From positions 1-53,496 of the forward strand of contig JAYEIH010000068.1 in NCBI GenBank assembly GCA_034659995.1: a stretch of 53,496 nucleotides of DNA, given 5' to 3'. The translations under genes were made by a program, and so were the position numbers. The notes below the pieces were generated by a model that saw nothing but the letters and a program-made list of their open reading frames with translations, made no database searches and was not told the DNA's origin. How positions within the stretch are numbered: position 1 is the first letter of the stretch; each line of letters starts with the position of its first letter. Of the stretch, positions 17,060 to 25,554 are shown piece by piece. The DNA is from Methanobacteriota archaeon (lineage in GTDB: Archaea; Methanobacteriota_B; Thermococci; Methanofastidiosales; B48-G16).

Positions 17060-18337
17060 TTACCTCCTCTGGTATACTATTACTAAAATTAACAGTGCAA
17101 TTATCATATAAAAGGCAATATTTATCGTTGGGAATATTCCACCCGTGCTACCGCTGACCCCAGGTCCTTCCGTTTTTCCTGGCGATTCGGGCGGAGGTGT
17201 TTTACCTTCCTCAATACTGTTCAATGCTTCCTCACAGATATTATACATGACACAGTAATTGGCCTTATTATAATATTCCTTGGCCTGAGTATAGTACTCC
17301 TTTGCCTTTACGCTCTCACCTAAAAAGTAGTAATGCTGGGCCTGCTCGAAGTTCTCATTTCCCTGGATCTTGAATATCTTTCTCTCGATCTTTAAGGCCA
17401 TATTAGTATTACCTGCCTCTTCATATTTATTCTTTGCGTTTATATAAAACTCCTTTGCCTTGGAGTATTCACAGCTGTTGTAGTACTCCTGAGCCTTGGC
17501 GTAGTATGTGTAGGCCTCATTTCTTACTTCCATTGTGATTTTTTCCTCAACAAAGGACTCTTTATTATATCTATCATGGTATTTGGCCCGAATTGTAATT
17601 GTATAGATGCCTACCCCTGTTTCATTGAGATAGATCGTGAACTTTCCCGAGATTTCCTCTCCCTCGGGGAGCTCATTGATCGTTCCAGAGGGCTCAGTCT
17701 CATGATCGAAGATAAGGTTTTCTGAGGTGAGTGTGAATGAGATATTGTACACGGCGCTTGCCCCCACATTTCGCAGTGTGAAGGGCACATCCAGTGTCGT
17801 GGTGATAATTCCGCAGTCCTCTGCCTGAAGTAAAAACGATTTGATATCCAGACTGAGTAGGATTGAGGACTCCGTTGTCAGGACGTCTATATGGCTGTAC
17901 TTAGGCACCAGAAATGGTTTGCATCCGTGTCCTTCACACGGCCCAAAATCTCCGTCCACTATGAAGGGTATATCGATCTCTTGTGCCGGAAAGGACTCGG
18001 TTATTCTGATCTTTAACTCAACAGTTTCTTTGTCACCCGTTACCATAGGAGAGGGAAGGTTCAGATCTCCTCTGTTTCCTACTATTACTTCCACATGCTC
18101 CCTGAGCTCTTCGGGGATCTTGAGGGTATCGATGTAGACCCTGGTATTCCACATCATAGCTCCCATGTCATTTCTAACGGTCACTCTAATTGTTGCTTCC
18201 TCTCCCGGATGGACGAACTCAGGAAAGGCATGCGATTCTATTTCTGGAGAGGGCAACGTATCATCCTGTGCTCCGTATAGGCCTATTGGATACGATAAAA
18301 AGATGATCAAGAAAATCACCGCGATTTTTTTATTCAT
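17060..18337 (-). CDS. secreted/C-terminally anchored surface protein with beta-sandwich region and Tyr-rich helical repeats
   Basis: It has a signal peptide, repeated A(K/Q)EYY motifs and a C-terminal TM segment, FYMIIALLILVIVY. Confidence 0.5.
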   Translation of the reverse strand: MNKKIAVIFLIIFLSYPIGLYGAQDDTLPSPEIESHAFPEFVHPGEEATIRVTVRNDMGAMMWNTRVYIDTLKIPEELREHVEVIVGNRGDLNLPSPMVTGDKETVELKIRITESFPAQEIDIPFIVDGDFGPCEGHGCKPFLVPKYSHIDVLTTESSILLSLDIKSFLLQAEDCGIITTTLDVPFTLRNVGASAVYNISFTLTSENLIFDHETEPSGTINELPEGEEISGKFTIYLNETGVGIYTITIRAKYHDRYNKESFVEEKITMEVRNEAYTYYAKAQEYYNSCEYSKAKEFYINAKNKYEEAGNTNMALKIERKIFKIQGNENFEQAQHYYFLGESVKAKEYYTQAKEYYNKANYCVMYNICEEALNSIEEGKTPPPESPGKTEGPGVSGSTGGIFPTINIAFYMIIALLILVIVYQRR

Positions 18338-18422
18338 AACATACTGATGTTTTAGGAAGTATATAAAATTTTTGGATAGTTTAACCAGTAACCTTTTTAT
18401 TTCTTCAGTCCATATCGGGCAT

Positions 18423-18854
18423 ATGTCTGAGAAAAAAGTGTATTTTATTCATCCTTCGATAACATACCACTCAAGAACAGAAAAACGATGCCTGCAGTTA
18501 ATAAAATCTGAGCTTGGGGAGGATCTGGAGATAATAAACCCTTCAAACTTAAATAAAAAGCAGATACAGGGATGGAAAGAGGATTTAACGGAAATGGATG
18601 CTGTGGTAGGAATGGCCTTGGAAGAAAAATATACCGTGAGTGTATGGACTGTTCTTGAGCATGCTGAGAAACTAAAAAAACCGGTGTATACCATACGAGT
18701 CAATGAGACAATAACGAAATGGCATGAAGGCGTACTGGAGGATGTGGAAAAACTCCCGCTGGAAGAAACGCGAAGGTTCACGAGAGAGATCATCTATGAG
18801 GACGGAAAAGGAATGTTTAAGGGAATGATCTTTGGGAACAGGAGTAAGTATTAA
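18423..18854 (+). CDS. hypothetical protein
   Basis: ATG 18423 (MSEKKVYFIHPS...) is favoured as start; the longest ORF starts at 18372. No family recognised. Confidence 0.4.
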   Translation: MSEKKVYFIHPSITYHSRTEKRCLQLIKSELGEDLEIINPSNLNKKQIQGWKEDLTEMDAVVGMALEEKYTVSVWTVLEHAEKLKKPVYTIRVNETITKWHEGVLEDVEKLPLEETRRFTREIIYEDGKGMFKGMIFGNRSKY

Positions 18855-18889
18855 CAAATTTTTTTAAAGATCAACTGTTAAGGCTCTTT

Positions 18890-19780
18890 ATGATACTGGC
18901 TACTGTCTTCATTTCTGTTCTCGTACTCACGTACCTTACCGCACGGTATATGAGATCCATCGGACGAGTGGGAAGGGATCTGCATAAGCCTTATACGGTG
19001 CATATCCCGGAGTCCTGTGGGATAGCCTTTATCATACCTTATATGATTTTTCTGTTGTATTTACAGGAGTTTTATTTTTTTCTCACCCTTGGATTTATTA
19101 CGTTGATAGGGATTTACGATGATTTTAAGGGTATTCCTCAGTTACTAAAGGTTTTTCTCTGTTTTCTGGCGGGAATGCCACTTATATTTTCTGTGGAGAG
19201 TACGGTAATTAGCTTCCTGTTTTTTAGCATCGATTTTTCATATCTCTACTACCTTTTGGTGCCCATAGGAATAACAGCGGCTGCGAACTCCACCAATATT
19301 CTTGCGGGGTTCAATGGTGAAGCCATAGGCAGCGGTATTATTGCCGGCACTGCACTGGCTCTGTCCCTGAGCGTGATTGGAAAGGACCCTGAGATGGCAG
19401 TTCCATTTATTGCTGTGCTGCTGGCCTTTTTGGTCTTCAACGGGTATCCTTCTCGAGTCTTCCCCGGAGATGCCGGCACCTTAGCCATAGGCGGCGTTAT
19501 TGCAGGGATCGGTATTCTTACCAAGATGGAGTTTATTGCAGCGGTCTGCCTCTTTCCGCAGATACTGGAGTTTTTCCTGAAGCTCAGGATAGGGTTTTCC
19601 GGAAAGTCGTACGGTCCTACAAAAATAGAGAATGGCGTTCTCGTTCCGCCGCCGTACCTTTCCATTGCCAATTTTCTTACCTCACATCTCCGCCTCAATG
19701 AAAAAAGATTGATACTACTCATATGGTCTATTTCAGCTATTTTTGGCTGTGCAGCCGTCTTTTTATCCTTTTTTTATTAG
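18890..19780 (+). CDS. polyprenyl-phosphate GlcNAc-1-phosphate transferase (GT4, MraY/WecA/AglH-like)
   Basis: Polytopic membrane protein with motifs NSTNILAGFNGEAIG and FPGDAG. Confidence 0.75.
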   Translation: MILATVFISVLVLTYLTARYMRSIGRVGRDLHKPYTVHIPESCGIAFIIPYMIFLLYLQEFYFFLTLGFITLIGIYDDFKGIPQLLKVFLCFLAGMPLIFSVESTVISFLFFSIDFSYLYYLLVPIGITAAANSTNILAGFNGEAIGSGIIAGTALALSLSVIGKDPEMAVPFIAVLLAFLVFNGYPSRVFPGDAGTLAIGGVIAGIGILTKMEFIAAVCLFPQILEFFLKLRIGFSGKSYGPTKIENGVLVPPPYLSIANFLTSHLRLNEKRLILLIWSISAIFGCAAVFLSFFY

Positions 19781-19907
19781 AAAAAACTATTTTGAATTGA
19801 TATACAGCTTTTTTATCATTGATCCTTATTTTTAGGCCTTAAAAATAAAAAGAAGAAAAGGATTTTGAAAGAAAAATTTTATATACGGATTATCTCATTG
19901 ATGACAC

Positions 19908-21635
19908 ATGTGTGGAATTATAGGGATCGTATCACAGGAGTATATGTCCTCCAGAGAGATACTATACGCATTAAAAAGGCTTGAGTATAGGGGGTATGAC
20001 TCCGTCGGGTACGCGTTAAATGATGGAACGATAGAGAAGGATACAGGTGAGATATCGGAGTTTATAGAAAAAATGGCTGATACTGAGTTCACCACGGGGA
20101 TCGCCCATACCCGCTGGGCTACCCACGGCGGCGTCAGTAAGAAGAACGCGCATCCTCATTGTTCCGGCGATACTGTTATTGTTCACAATGGCATCATCGA
20201 AAATTATGAGGTCATGAAGGAAAAACTTCTTAAAAAGGGCCATAAGTTCAGATCAGATACAGATTCAGAGGTTATTGCCCATTATTTTGAGGAAAAACTC
20301 AAAGACACAGGGATGGAGCAGGCTATTATAGATTTTATGGATGATGTCAAGGGTACCTTTGCCGTGCTCCTGCTGCGGAAGGGAGAGGACAGAATCTATG
20401 CCTTTAAACGGGACTCGCCTCTTGTACTGGGTCTCGGTGACAACGCGATCTACCTCTCCTCAGATATCTATGGATTCTCGGATAAGACGAATAGAGCTGT
20501 ATTTTTTGAGGATAATGAGTTTGCCGTTGTGGGAAAAAAGTACACCTTCTATGATAGCAGGGGAAATCCAATAAAAAAAGAACCAAAGGAGTTTGATTGG
20601 CAGTTTTCCGAGGAAAAAAAGGAAAAATACGACCATTACATGCTAAAGGAGATAAAGGAGGAGCCAAAAGCAGTGAAACGGATTATTCACTCGTTGGAAA
20701 ATGAGCAGCACAGACGGATCTGCGAGCTAAACTCCATGATTGAAAATGCGGGCAGGGTCTGCTTTGTGGCTTCCGGAACGAGTTATTTTGCCAGTCTCCT
20801 CGGCGTTTACTTTCTGAACAAGGTGAATATCGAGTCCCAGGCAATTATCGCCTCGGAGTTCAGGCATTTTGTCAATGTTAATGAAGACACGCTTGTAATT
20901 CCGATTTCACAGTCCGGAGAAACGATGGATGTTCTTAAGGCATTAAAATTTGCCAGGGAAAAAGGAGCGAAGATAGCCTCCATTGTGAATGTTCCGTACT
21001 CCAGTATCCAGAGAATCTCTGATCTTTCTCTGGAGATACTGGCAGGTCAGGAGGTCTGCGTTGCCGCTACCAAAACCTTCATCAATCAGATATCCCTCCT
21101 CCTGTATCTTGCAAACCTCAATGGATTGGATATTAATCTCGAGACACTAGCCGACCGCATCGCAGAAACCATAGATGATAACGAGGAGAAGATAAAAACG
21201 CTTGCCAAGACACTTTCCGCCAAAAACGATATCTACGTTCTTGGACGGGGCCTTACATACCCCATCGCCCGGGAGATAGCCCTGAAGCTCAAGGAAATCC
21301 CTTACATTCATGCTGAGGGCATGATGGGCGGCGAACTCAAACACGGAACACTCGCATTAATAGAAGAGGGTACTCCTATCATATCGCTTATTCCCGAGGG
21401 CGACAACGAGATGATCTCCAATACCAAAGAGGTAGAGGCGCGCGGTGCAAATGTGATCACCATCTCCAATGATGACTCACTCTCACCCGATTTCCGCCTC
21501 ACTACGTCCAAAGACGAGAAGGTTGCCATCACCTCCACCGCTATCGGTCAGCTGCTCGCCTACTACATCGCGAAGGAAAAAGGACTTCCTATCGACAAAC
21601 CGCGGAACCTGGCGAAGAGCGTGACTGTTGAGTGA
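19908..21635 (+). CDS. glmS: glutamine--fructose-6-phosphate aminotransferase
   Basis: The MCGIIG N-terminus carries the Cys nucleophile. It has two SIS domains and the C-terminal KPRNLAKSVTVE. Confidence 0.95.
   Translation: MCGIIGIVSQEYMSSREILYALKRLEYRGYDSVGYALNDGTIEKDTGEISEFIEKMADTEFTTGIAHTRWATHGGVSKKNAHPHCSGDTVIVHNGIIENYEVMKEKLLKKGHKFRSDTDSEVIAHYFEEKLKDTGMEQAIIDFMDDVKGTFAVLLLRKGEDRIYAFKRDSPLVLGLGDNAIYLSSDIYGFSDKTNRAVFFEDNEFAVVGKKYTFYDSRGNPIKKEPKEFDWQFSEEKKEKYDHYMLKEIKEEPKAVKRIIHSLENEQHRRICELNSMIENAGRVCFVASGTSYFASLLGVYFLNKVNIESQAIIASEFRHFVNVNEDTLVIPISQSGETMDVLKALKFAREKGAKIASIVNVPYSSIQRISDLSLEILAGQEVCVAATKTFINQISLLLYLANLNGLDINLETLADRIAETIDDNEEKIKTLAKTLSAKNDIYVLGRGLTYPIAREIALKLKEIPYIHAEGMMGGELKHGTLALIEEGTPIISLIPEGDNEMISNTKEVEARGANVITISNDDSLSPDFRLTTSKDEKVAITSTAIGQLLAYYIAKEKGLPIDKPRNLAKSVTVE
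21597..21635 (+). repeat. direct repeat copy A (authentic glmS 3-prime end)
   Basis: 31 of 39 nt are identical to 22153-22191, including the stop codon. Confidence 0.7.
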
Positions 21636-21645
21636 GGTATTATTC

Positions 21646-22191
21646 ATGAAAAATGCTGATAACGATGAGGAAATCGAGAAGGCAATCACCTTTTTAGTGT
21701 TTGCAATCCACAAAGCAGGACATAATCCAAAACCCGTTATCTTACACAGCATACGCGTCGGTATCCATCTCTATAATCTCGCCTATCGAAAAGACATTGT
21801 AATCGCCGGTATTTTGCACGATGTCATTGAGGACAGCAAAACATCGCTCGAGGAGGTCAGGTCACAGTTTGGTGAAACTGTTAGTAACCTTGTTGCGGCG
21901 AACAGCTTTGACGAAGCGATCGATGATACAGTCGAACGGTATAAAGAGACCTTTGATCGGTGTCGCAGCGCGGGAAGAGATGCCCTGATCGTCAAAGCTG
22001 CGGATATTTTTGATAATGCCGATTACTGTTGCGCTGACAGCAATAATGCGTGGTGGATTGAGAAAATGAGATATTTCATTGAAATCTCACAAGATATCCT
22101 TAACGATGAACTCATCTACAAAGAACTCACAGCAAAATATGATGGGATTGTAAAGCCCCGGAATCTGGCGAAGAGCATAATGGGTGAGTGA
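21646..22191 (+). CDS. RelA/SpoT-type HD-domain hydrolase (small alarmone hydrolase / Mesh1-like)
   Basis: PVILHSIRVG ... VIAGILHDVIEDSKTSLEEVRSQFGETVSNLV matches the SpoT hydrolase HD/ED motifs. The last 13 codons are a glmS-tail copy. An alternative TTG start is at 21628. Confidence 0.7.
   Translation: MKNADNDEEIEKAITFLVFAIHKAGHNPKPVILHSIRVGIHLYNLAYRKDIVIAGILHDVIEDSKTSLEEVRSQFGETVSNLVAANSFDEAIDDTVERYKETFDRCRSAGRDALIVKAADIFDNADYCCADSNNAWWIEKMRYFIEISQDILNDELIYKELTAKYDGIVKPRNLAKSIMGE
22153..22191 (+). repeat. direct repeat copy B (diverged glmS 3-prime end fused to the HD gene)
   Basis: It encodes KPRNLAKSIMGE-stop, against KPRNLAKSVTVE-stop in glmS. Confidence 0.7.
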
Positions 22192-22230
22192 GAATAGTGT
22201 ATCGGGATCTCCTCATATATTTCCGTCCAC

Positions 22231-23094
22231 TTACTCTCCGACCATCGACCGAGGACAGACGGTGGCAAACTGGCAACTCAGACATTTTCTGGGACTTGGG
22301 GTCGGCTTAAAATGCTCAATCTCATAGGTTTCATTCATATCTTTAAAATCCTCTGTGATTTTCTTCTTGATCTCTCGCAGCTGTGCAGCTGAGAACTCAT
22401 AGGATCGCATAATGCCTGTTGTTAGATAAACAAGCTCGCTTCTGATCTCGCGAGGAGGGATTCCATAGTTTTCCGTTGCCCACAGTACGTATGATCCGAG
22501 CTGCAGATCGCTTTCATACTCCTTTTTATCAGCACCGGTTTTCCAGTCCGATACGACTAACGTACCATCCTTTGTCTTGCTTATATAATCAACTTTAACC
22601 ACGGCTTTAACGTCTCCCACCCTGAACCTGTCAAATTCTTCGTGTTTTAAATACTCCAGATCCTCAAACTGGGGCCATATGGCTCCAAAAAACATACCGA
22701 TCTGGTCAAGCCCGTCTGTTCGAATGTTATCAAAGAATGTTTTTCCTACGGGATATCCGTTAAAGTACTCGGTAAGAGTTTCTTTAGGTGTTTCTCTATA
22801 CTGGTCAACTCGCTGGGTGTACTGAGCCTCTGCAACTCCTTTGTTCATCTTCCGTCCGAGGTAATACTGCCCTATCTGATTCTCAATAACCTCGTGGATA
22901 AGTTTGCCCCGGAGGGCAAACCTTGAGTTGAGATTTTTCAGCATCTTCAGCTTTTCTATATCCAATTCCTCAGATTCCCTTAGAGCCGTTCCGATATACC
23001 TGTAGTAGTAAGCCCGTTTGCACAGTCCCCAGAGTCGATGTTTGCTGAACGACCAGGCGTTGTATCTGTAAAACCAGTTCTCTAACTTTGTCAT
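22231..23094 (-). CDS. Cas4-like PD-(D/E)XK nuclease with 4-Cys Fe-S cluster signature
   Basis: The DY...VSDWKTG core and a QLGSY motif are present. An N-terminal Cys (WGLCKRAYYY) plus the C-terminal CLSCQFATVC (CX2CX5C) complete the cluster signature. Confidence 0.7.
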   Translation of the reverse strand: MTKLENWFYRYNAWSFSKHRLWGLCKRAYYYRYIGTALRESEELDIEKLKMLKNLNSRFALRGKLIHEVIENQIGQYYLGRKMNKGVAEAQYTQRVDQYRETPKETLTEYFNGYPVGKTFFDNIRTDGLDQIGMFFGAIWPQFEDLEYLKHEEFDRFRVGDVKAVVKVDYISKTKDGTLVVSDWKTGADKKEYESDLQLGSYVLWATENYGIPPREIRSELVYLTTGIMRSYEFSAAQLREIKKKITEDFKDMNETYEIEHFKPTPSPRKCLSCQFATVCPRSMVGE

Positions 23095-23110
23095 TTTGTA
23101 TTCCTCTTAT

Positions 23111-23680
23111 TTACCTATTTCTTCTCATCCACCGGGCAATGCCTATCAGTATATTCACTCGCGGCACACACACCATATAGTCGATGTACGTATCACTAAA
23201 TTTTTCGACGAGGAACCGATCCTGACGTCGTATAGCAAAATAGATGAGGACCGTGGCAAGAATGCCGATGATACTGATTAACCATTCCTGTGCGGCCATA
23301 ATAATACCGACACAGATGAGTATAAATGAGAGATACTGTGGGTGCCGTACAAGAGCGTAGAGTCCGGTGTTCACGAGGGTTGTTCTCTCGATATAGCTCT
23401 TCCCCTTTGCTACCCCTCCCTTTTTGCGAAATGTGAAGATCGGTATAACTGCAAGGAATGCAGCAATCCAGAGGATTACCCAACCAAGATTTCCGAGCCA
23501 GACACGAGGAGGATCATGGAAGAGCACAAAAAGTACAGTTTCCAGTACCATCAGGAGAATCGCAATACCCCAGATTGATTTCAACGATTTGTCCATGGTT
23601 ACTCTTTTTCTTTCCACTGTATCACTTCTATAATGATATTCATCTGTCTTTTTATATTTTTCGATTTCTAAATATTGCAT
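23111..23680 (-). CDS. isoprenylcysteine carboxyl methyltransferase (ICMT)/phospholipid methyltransferase family membrane protein
   Basis: The motif LVNTGLYALVRHPQYLSFIL is present. An alternative start ATG is at 23596. Confidence 0.7.
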   Translation of the reverse strand: MQYLEIEKYKKTDEYHYRSDTVERKRVTMDKSLKSIWGIAILLMVLETVLFVLFHDPPRVWLGNLGWVILWIAAFLAVIPIFTFRKKGGVAKGKSYIERTTLVNTGLYALVRHPQYLSFILICVGIIMAAQEWLISIIGILATVLIYFAIRRQDRFLVEKFSDTYIDYMVCVPRVNILIGIARWMRRNR

Positions 23681-24149
23681 GTACCTGTCCGCCCGGACAG
23701 GTTCTTTTTATCGCACAGAAAGGGCAGATACTGAGGAAAAAGAAGGGGAAGTAAAGGAAGAGATAGAGGAGGTAGAGTATCCCCCAGACGGCGTGGACCG
23801 TTAGCATCCAGTACAGGGGAAATAGTATGAACATAACTAAAGAGATAAATGCTCCACTGGCGCAGACGGTAAAAGCCTCTTTTGATTTTTTGATCCCTCT
23901 TTTCAAAAGTAGCTTTGCAAGTAAATTTGATGGGTAGATTTCCGCCACCGCAGGGCAAAATCCTCCGATATACGGACAGCCCTGATAGGTACAGCAGTAC
24001 GATTGAAAGAGGCATGTTAGGAAAAACAGGATAATATATACTGTAAAAAGGAGGAGATTATTAAATAAAAAATAGAACGACATACAAATAAAAAATGCTA
24101 CAAGAGGCAGCGTCAGAGAGAAATAGAGTTCTTTTCTTTTGTAGGACAT
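23652..24149 (-). CDS. hypothetical polytopic Cys-rich membrane protein
   Basis: 165 aa with 4-5 TM helices. Cys motifs are CCTYQGCPYIGGFCP and CPFCAIKRTCPGG. Confidence 0.5.
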   Translation of the reverse strand: MSYKRKELYFSLTLPLVAFFICMSFYFLFNNLLLFTVYIILFFLTCLFQSYCCTYQGCPYIGGFCPAVAEIYPSNLLAKLLLKRGIKKSKEAFTVCASGAFISLVMFILFPLYWMLTVHAVWGILYLLYLFLYFPFFFLSICPFCAIKRTCPGGQVHAIFRNRKI

Positions 24150-24352
24150 GGATAAGACCTCCTATCTCCCAGAACTTGCAGAACCTCTCTCCAGTCTCTT
24201 CTTGTATTTTTTCTCCCGTAATCAGACATTTTTAAAATTTCCTTTGCCAGTTCGCCAACCTCTGAGACCAGATCGAGTACTCTATACTCTGGTGGGGATT
24301 TTAGGTTGTTCTCTTTGCAGAATGTTTTTATCTCAGCCTGTCTTTTCCTCAT
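24113..24352 (-). CDS. MazG-like nucleotide pyrophosphohydrolase domain protein, short/possibly C-terminally truncated
   Basis: LDLVSEVGELAKEIL and REVLQVL resemble the MazG EExxE helices. At 79 aa it is shorter than usual. It overlaps the next gene by 37 nt. Confidence 0.4.
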   Translation of the reverse strand: MRKRQAEIKTFCKENNLKSPPEYRVLDLVSEVGELAKEILKMSDYGRKNTRRDWREVLQVLGDRRSYPCPTKEKNSISL

Positions 24353-24441
24353 GAGTTAATTGTTTAATAGAAAGTTAATAAATTATCTCCTGAAACTCAG
24401 TGTTCCCACAGTTACGGTTCTTCGATCATGAAGATGTTTTA

Positions 24442-25554
24442 CTATCCCCTCCGCTTCAACGATATAACTGCTATCGTCAGAAAGACAGCGGCGAATACAA
24501 ACAGAGCTGCCACATCCGTCCATATCTTCTCCAATCCCCAGCCGCGGAGAATCACGGAGCGGCAGGCATCTATAGCATAGGTTGGTGGCACAAGATATGA
24601 GGCAGGCCTCAACCATGAAGGAATTGCCTCCAGCGGCCAGAAAATACCCGAAAGTAGAAATGCCGGAAGGATTATGAATGGAAGGAACTGAACGGCTTGT
24701 GCCTCTCTGTCTGCCAGACTTGAGAGCAGGATACCCAGGGACTGACAGGCAATGGCCAGAACTGCCACTACAGCAAAGGCGAGCACAACGTTGCCGATGA
24801 TGGTGATATTAAAGACCAGAATCCCTATGGCAAGGAGGAATGCTGCCTGCATGGTGCCCAGAAGACTGAATGTTATTGCATACCCCGCGACGATCTCAGT
24901 TTCTCTCAGCGGTGTTGACAGAAGCCGATCCAAGGTACCCGAGGTCCGCTCACCGACAAATGATATCAGCGTGAGAAGTGTCGTGAGAAGGTAGACAACA
25001 AATGCCATAATTCCCGGAACAAAGAAGTCGATAAACTCCGCACCCTCTCCGTATACAGCCTCTGATTCAATACCAAGACTCCCCATACTTTTTATCGTCT
25101 TTTGAATGGAGCCATTTAATGTTTTCATTATGGAATCTGCGATATTTACATTGCTCTTATCTGCCATAATTTTAATTGTTGGATTCTCAGAGGGGGATGC
25201 CATTCCTCCATGAAGCTCCTTTGTAAGATTTTCGGAGAATACGATGACAGCGTAGGCTTCTCCGTTTTCCACCCTTTCTCTTGCATCCTTCACATTATCC
25301 AGATACTCAATGTTCAGTACCTCCTTATCCAGATTAGATATGATCTCATCTGCAACTGAGACGGGACCGAGTCCTTCATCCTTATTCACAACAACTACCG
25401 GCACATTCTTCACATTCCCACTGAATGCAAGACCGAAAACGAACATTGAGAATATAGGTGCGATAAAAATAAGCGCGACCGTACGTTTGTCGTTTTTTAG
25501 GTCTCTGAATACCTTCTTAGCAACTGCTAAAATCCTGTAGAGCTTCATTTTCAT
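24442..25554 (-). CDS. ABC-2 family permease
   Basis: 370 aa with an N-terminal TM, a large loop and a C-terminal ABC-2 TM bundle. It overlaps the ATPase gene. Confidence 0.85.
   Translation of the reverse strand: MKMKLYRILAVAKKVFRDLKNDKRTVALIFIAPIFSMFVFGLAFSGNVKNVPVVVVNKDEGLGPVSVADEIISNLDKEVLNIEYLDNVKDARERVENGEAYAVIVFSENLTKELHGGMASPSENPTIKIMADKSNVNIADSIMKTLNGSIQKTIKSMGSLGIESEAVYGEGAEFIDFFVPGIMAFVVYLLTTLLTLISFVGERTSGTLDRLLSTPLRETEIVAGYAITFSLLGTMQAAFLLAIGILVFNITIIGNVVLAFAVVAVLAIACQSLGILLSSLADREAQAVQFLPFIILPAFLLSGIFWPLEAIPSWLRPASYLVPPTYAIDACRSVILRGWGLEKIWTDVAALFVFAAVFLTIAVISLKRRG

Noticed and set aside
19781-19907. Possible glmS ribozyme or riboswitch upstream of glmS
   Set aside because: The region is AT-rich promoter-like sequence with no conserved pseudoknotted core. 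The glmS ribozyme is a bacterial (mainly Gram-positive) element.
24113-24352. Possible frameshift explaining the short MazG-like ORF
   Set aside because: I translated the two alternative frames downstream of the EVGELAKEIL helix. Neither continues with MazG-like sequence, so truncation is more likely than a simple frameshift.
24408-24426. Inverted partial similarity (about 15 of 19 nt with one gap) to the glmS 3-prime end, at the far side of the MazG-to-Cas4 gene cluster
   Set aside because: The match is short, gapped and inverted relative to glmS, so it could arise by chance. It is not enough to define an element boundary and is worth only a formal alignment check.
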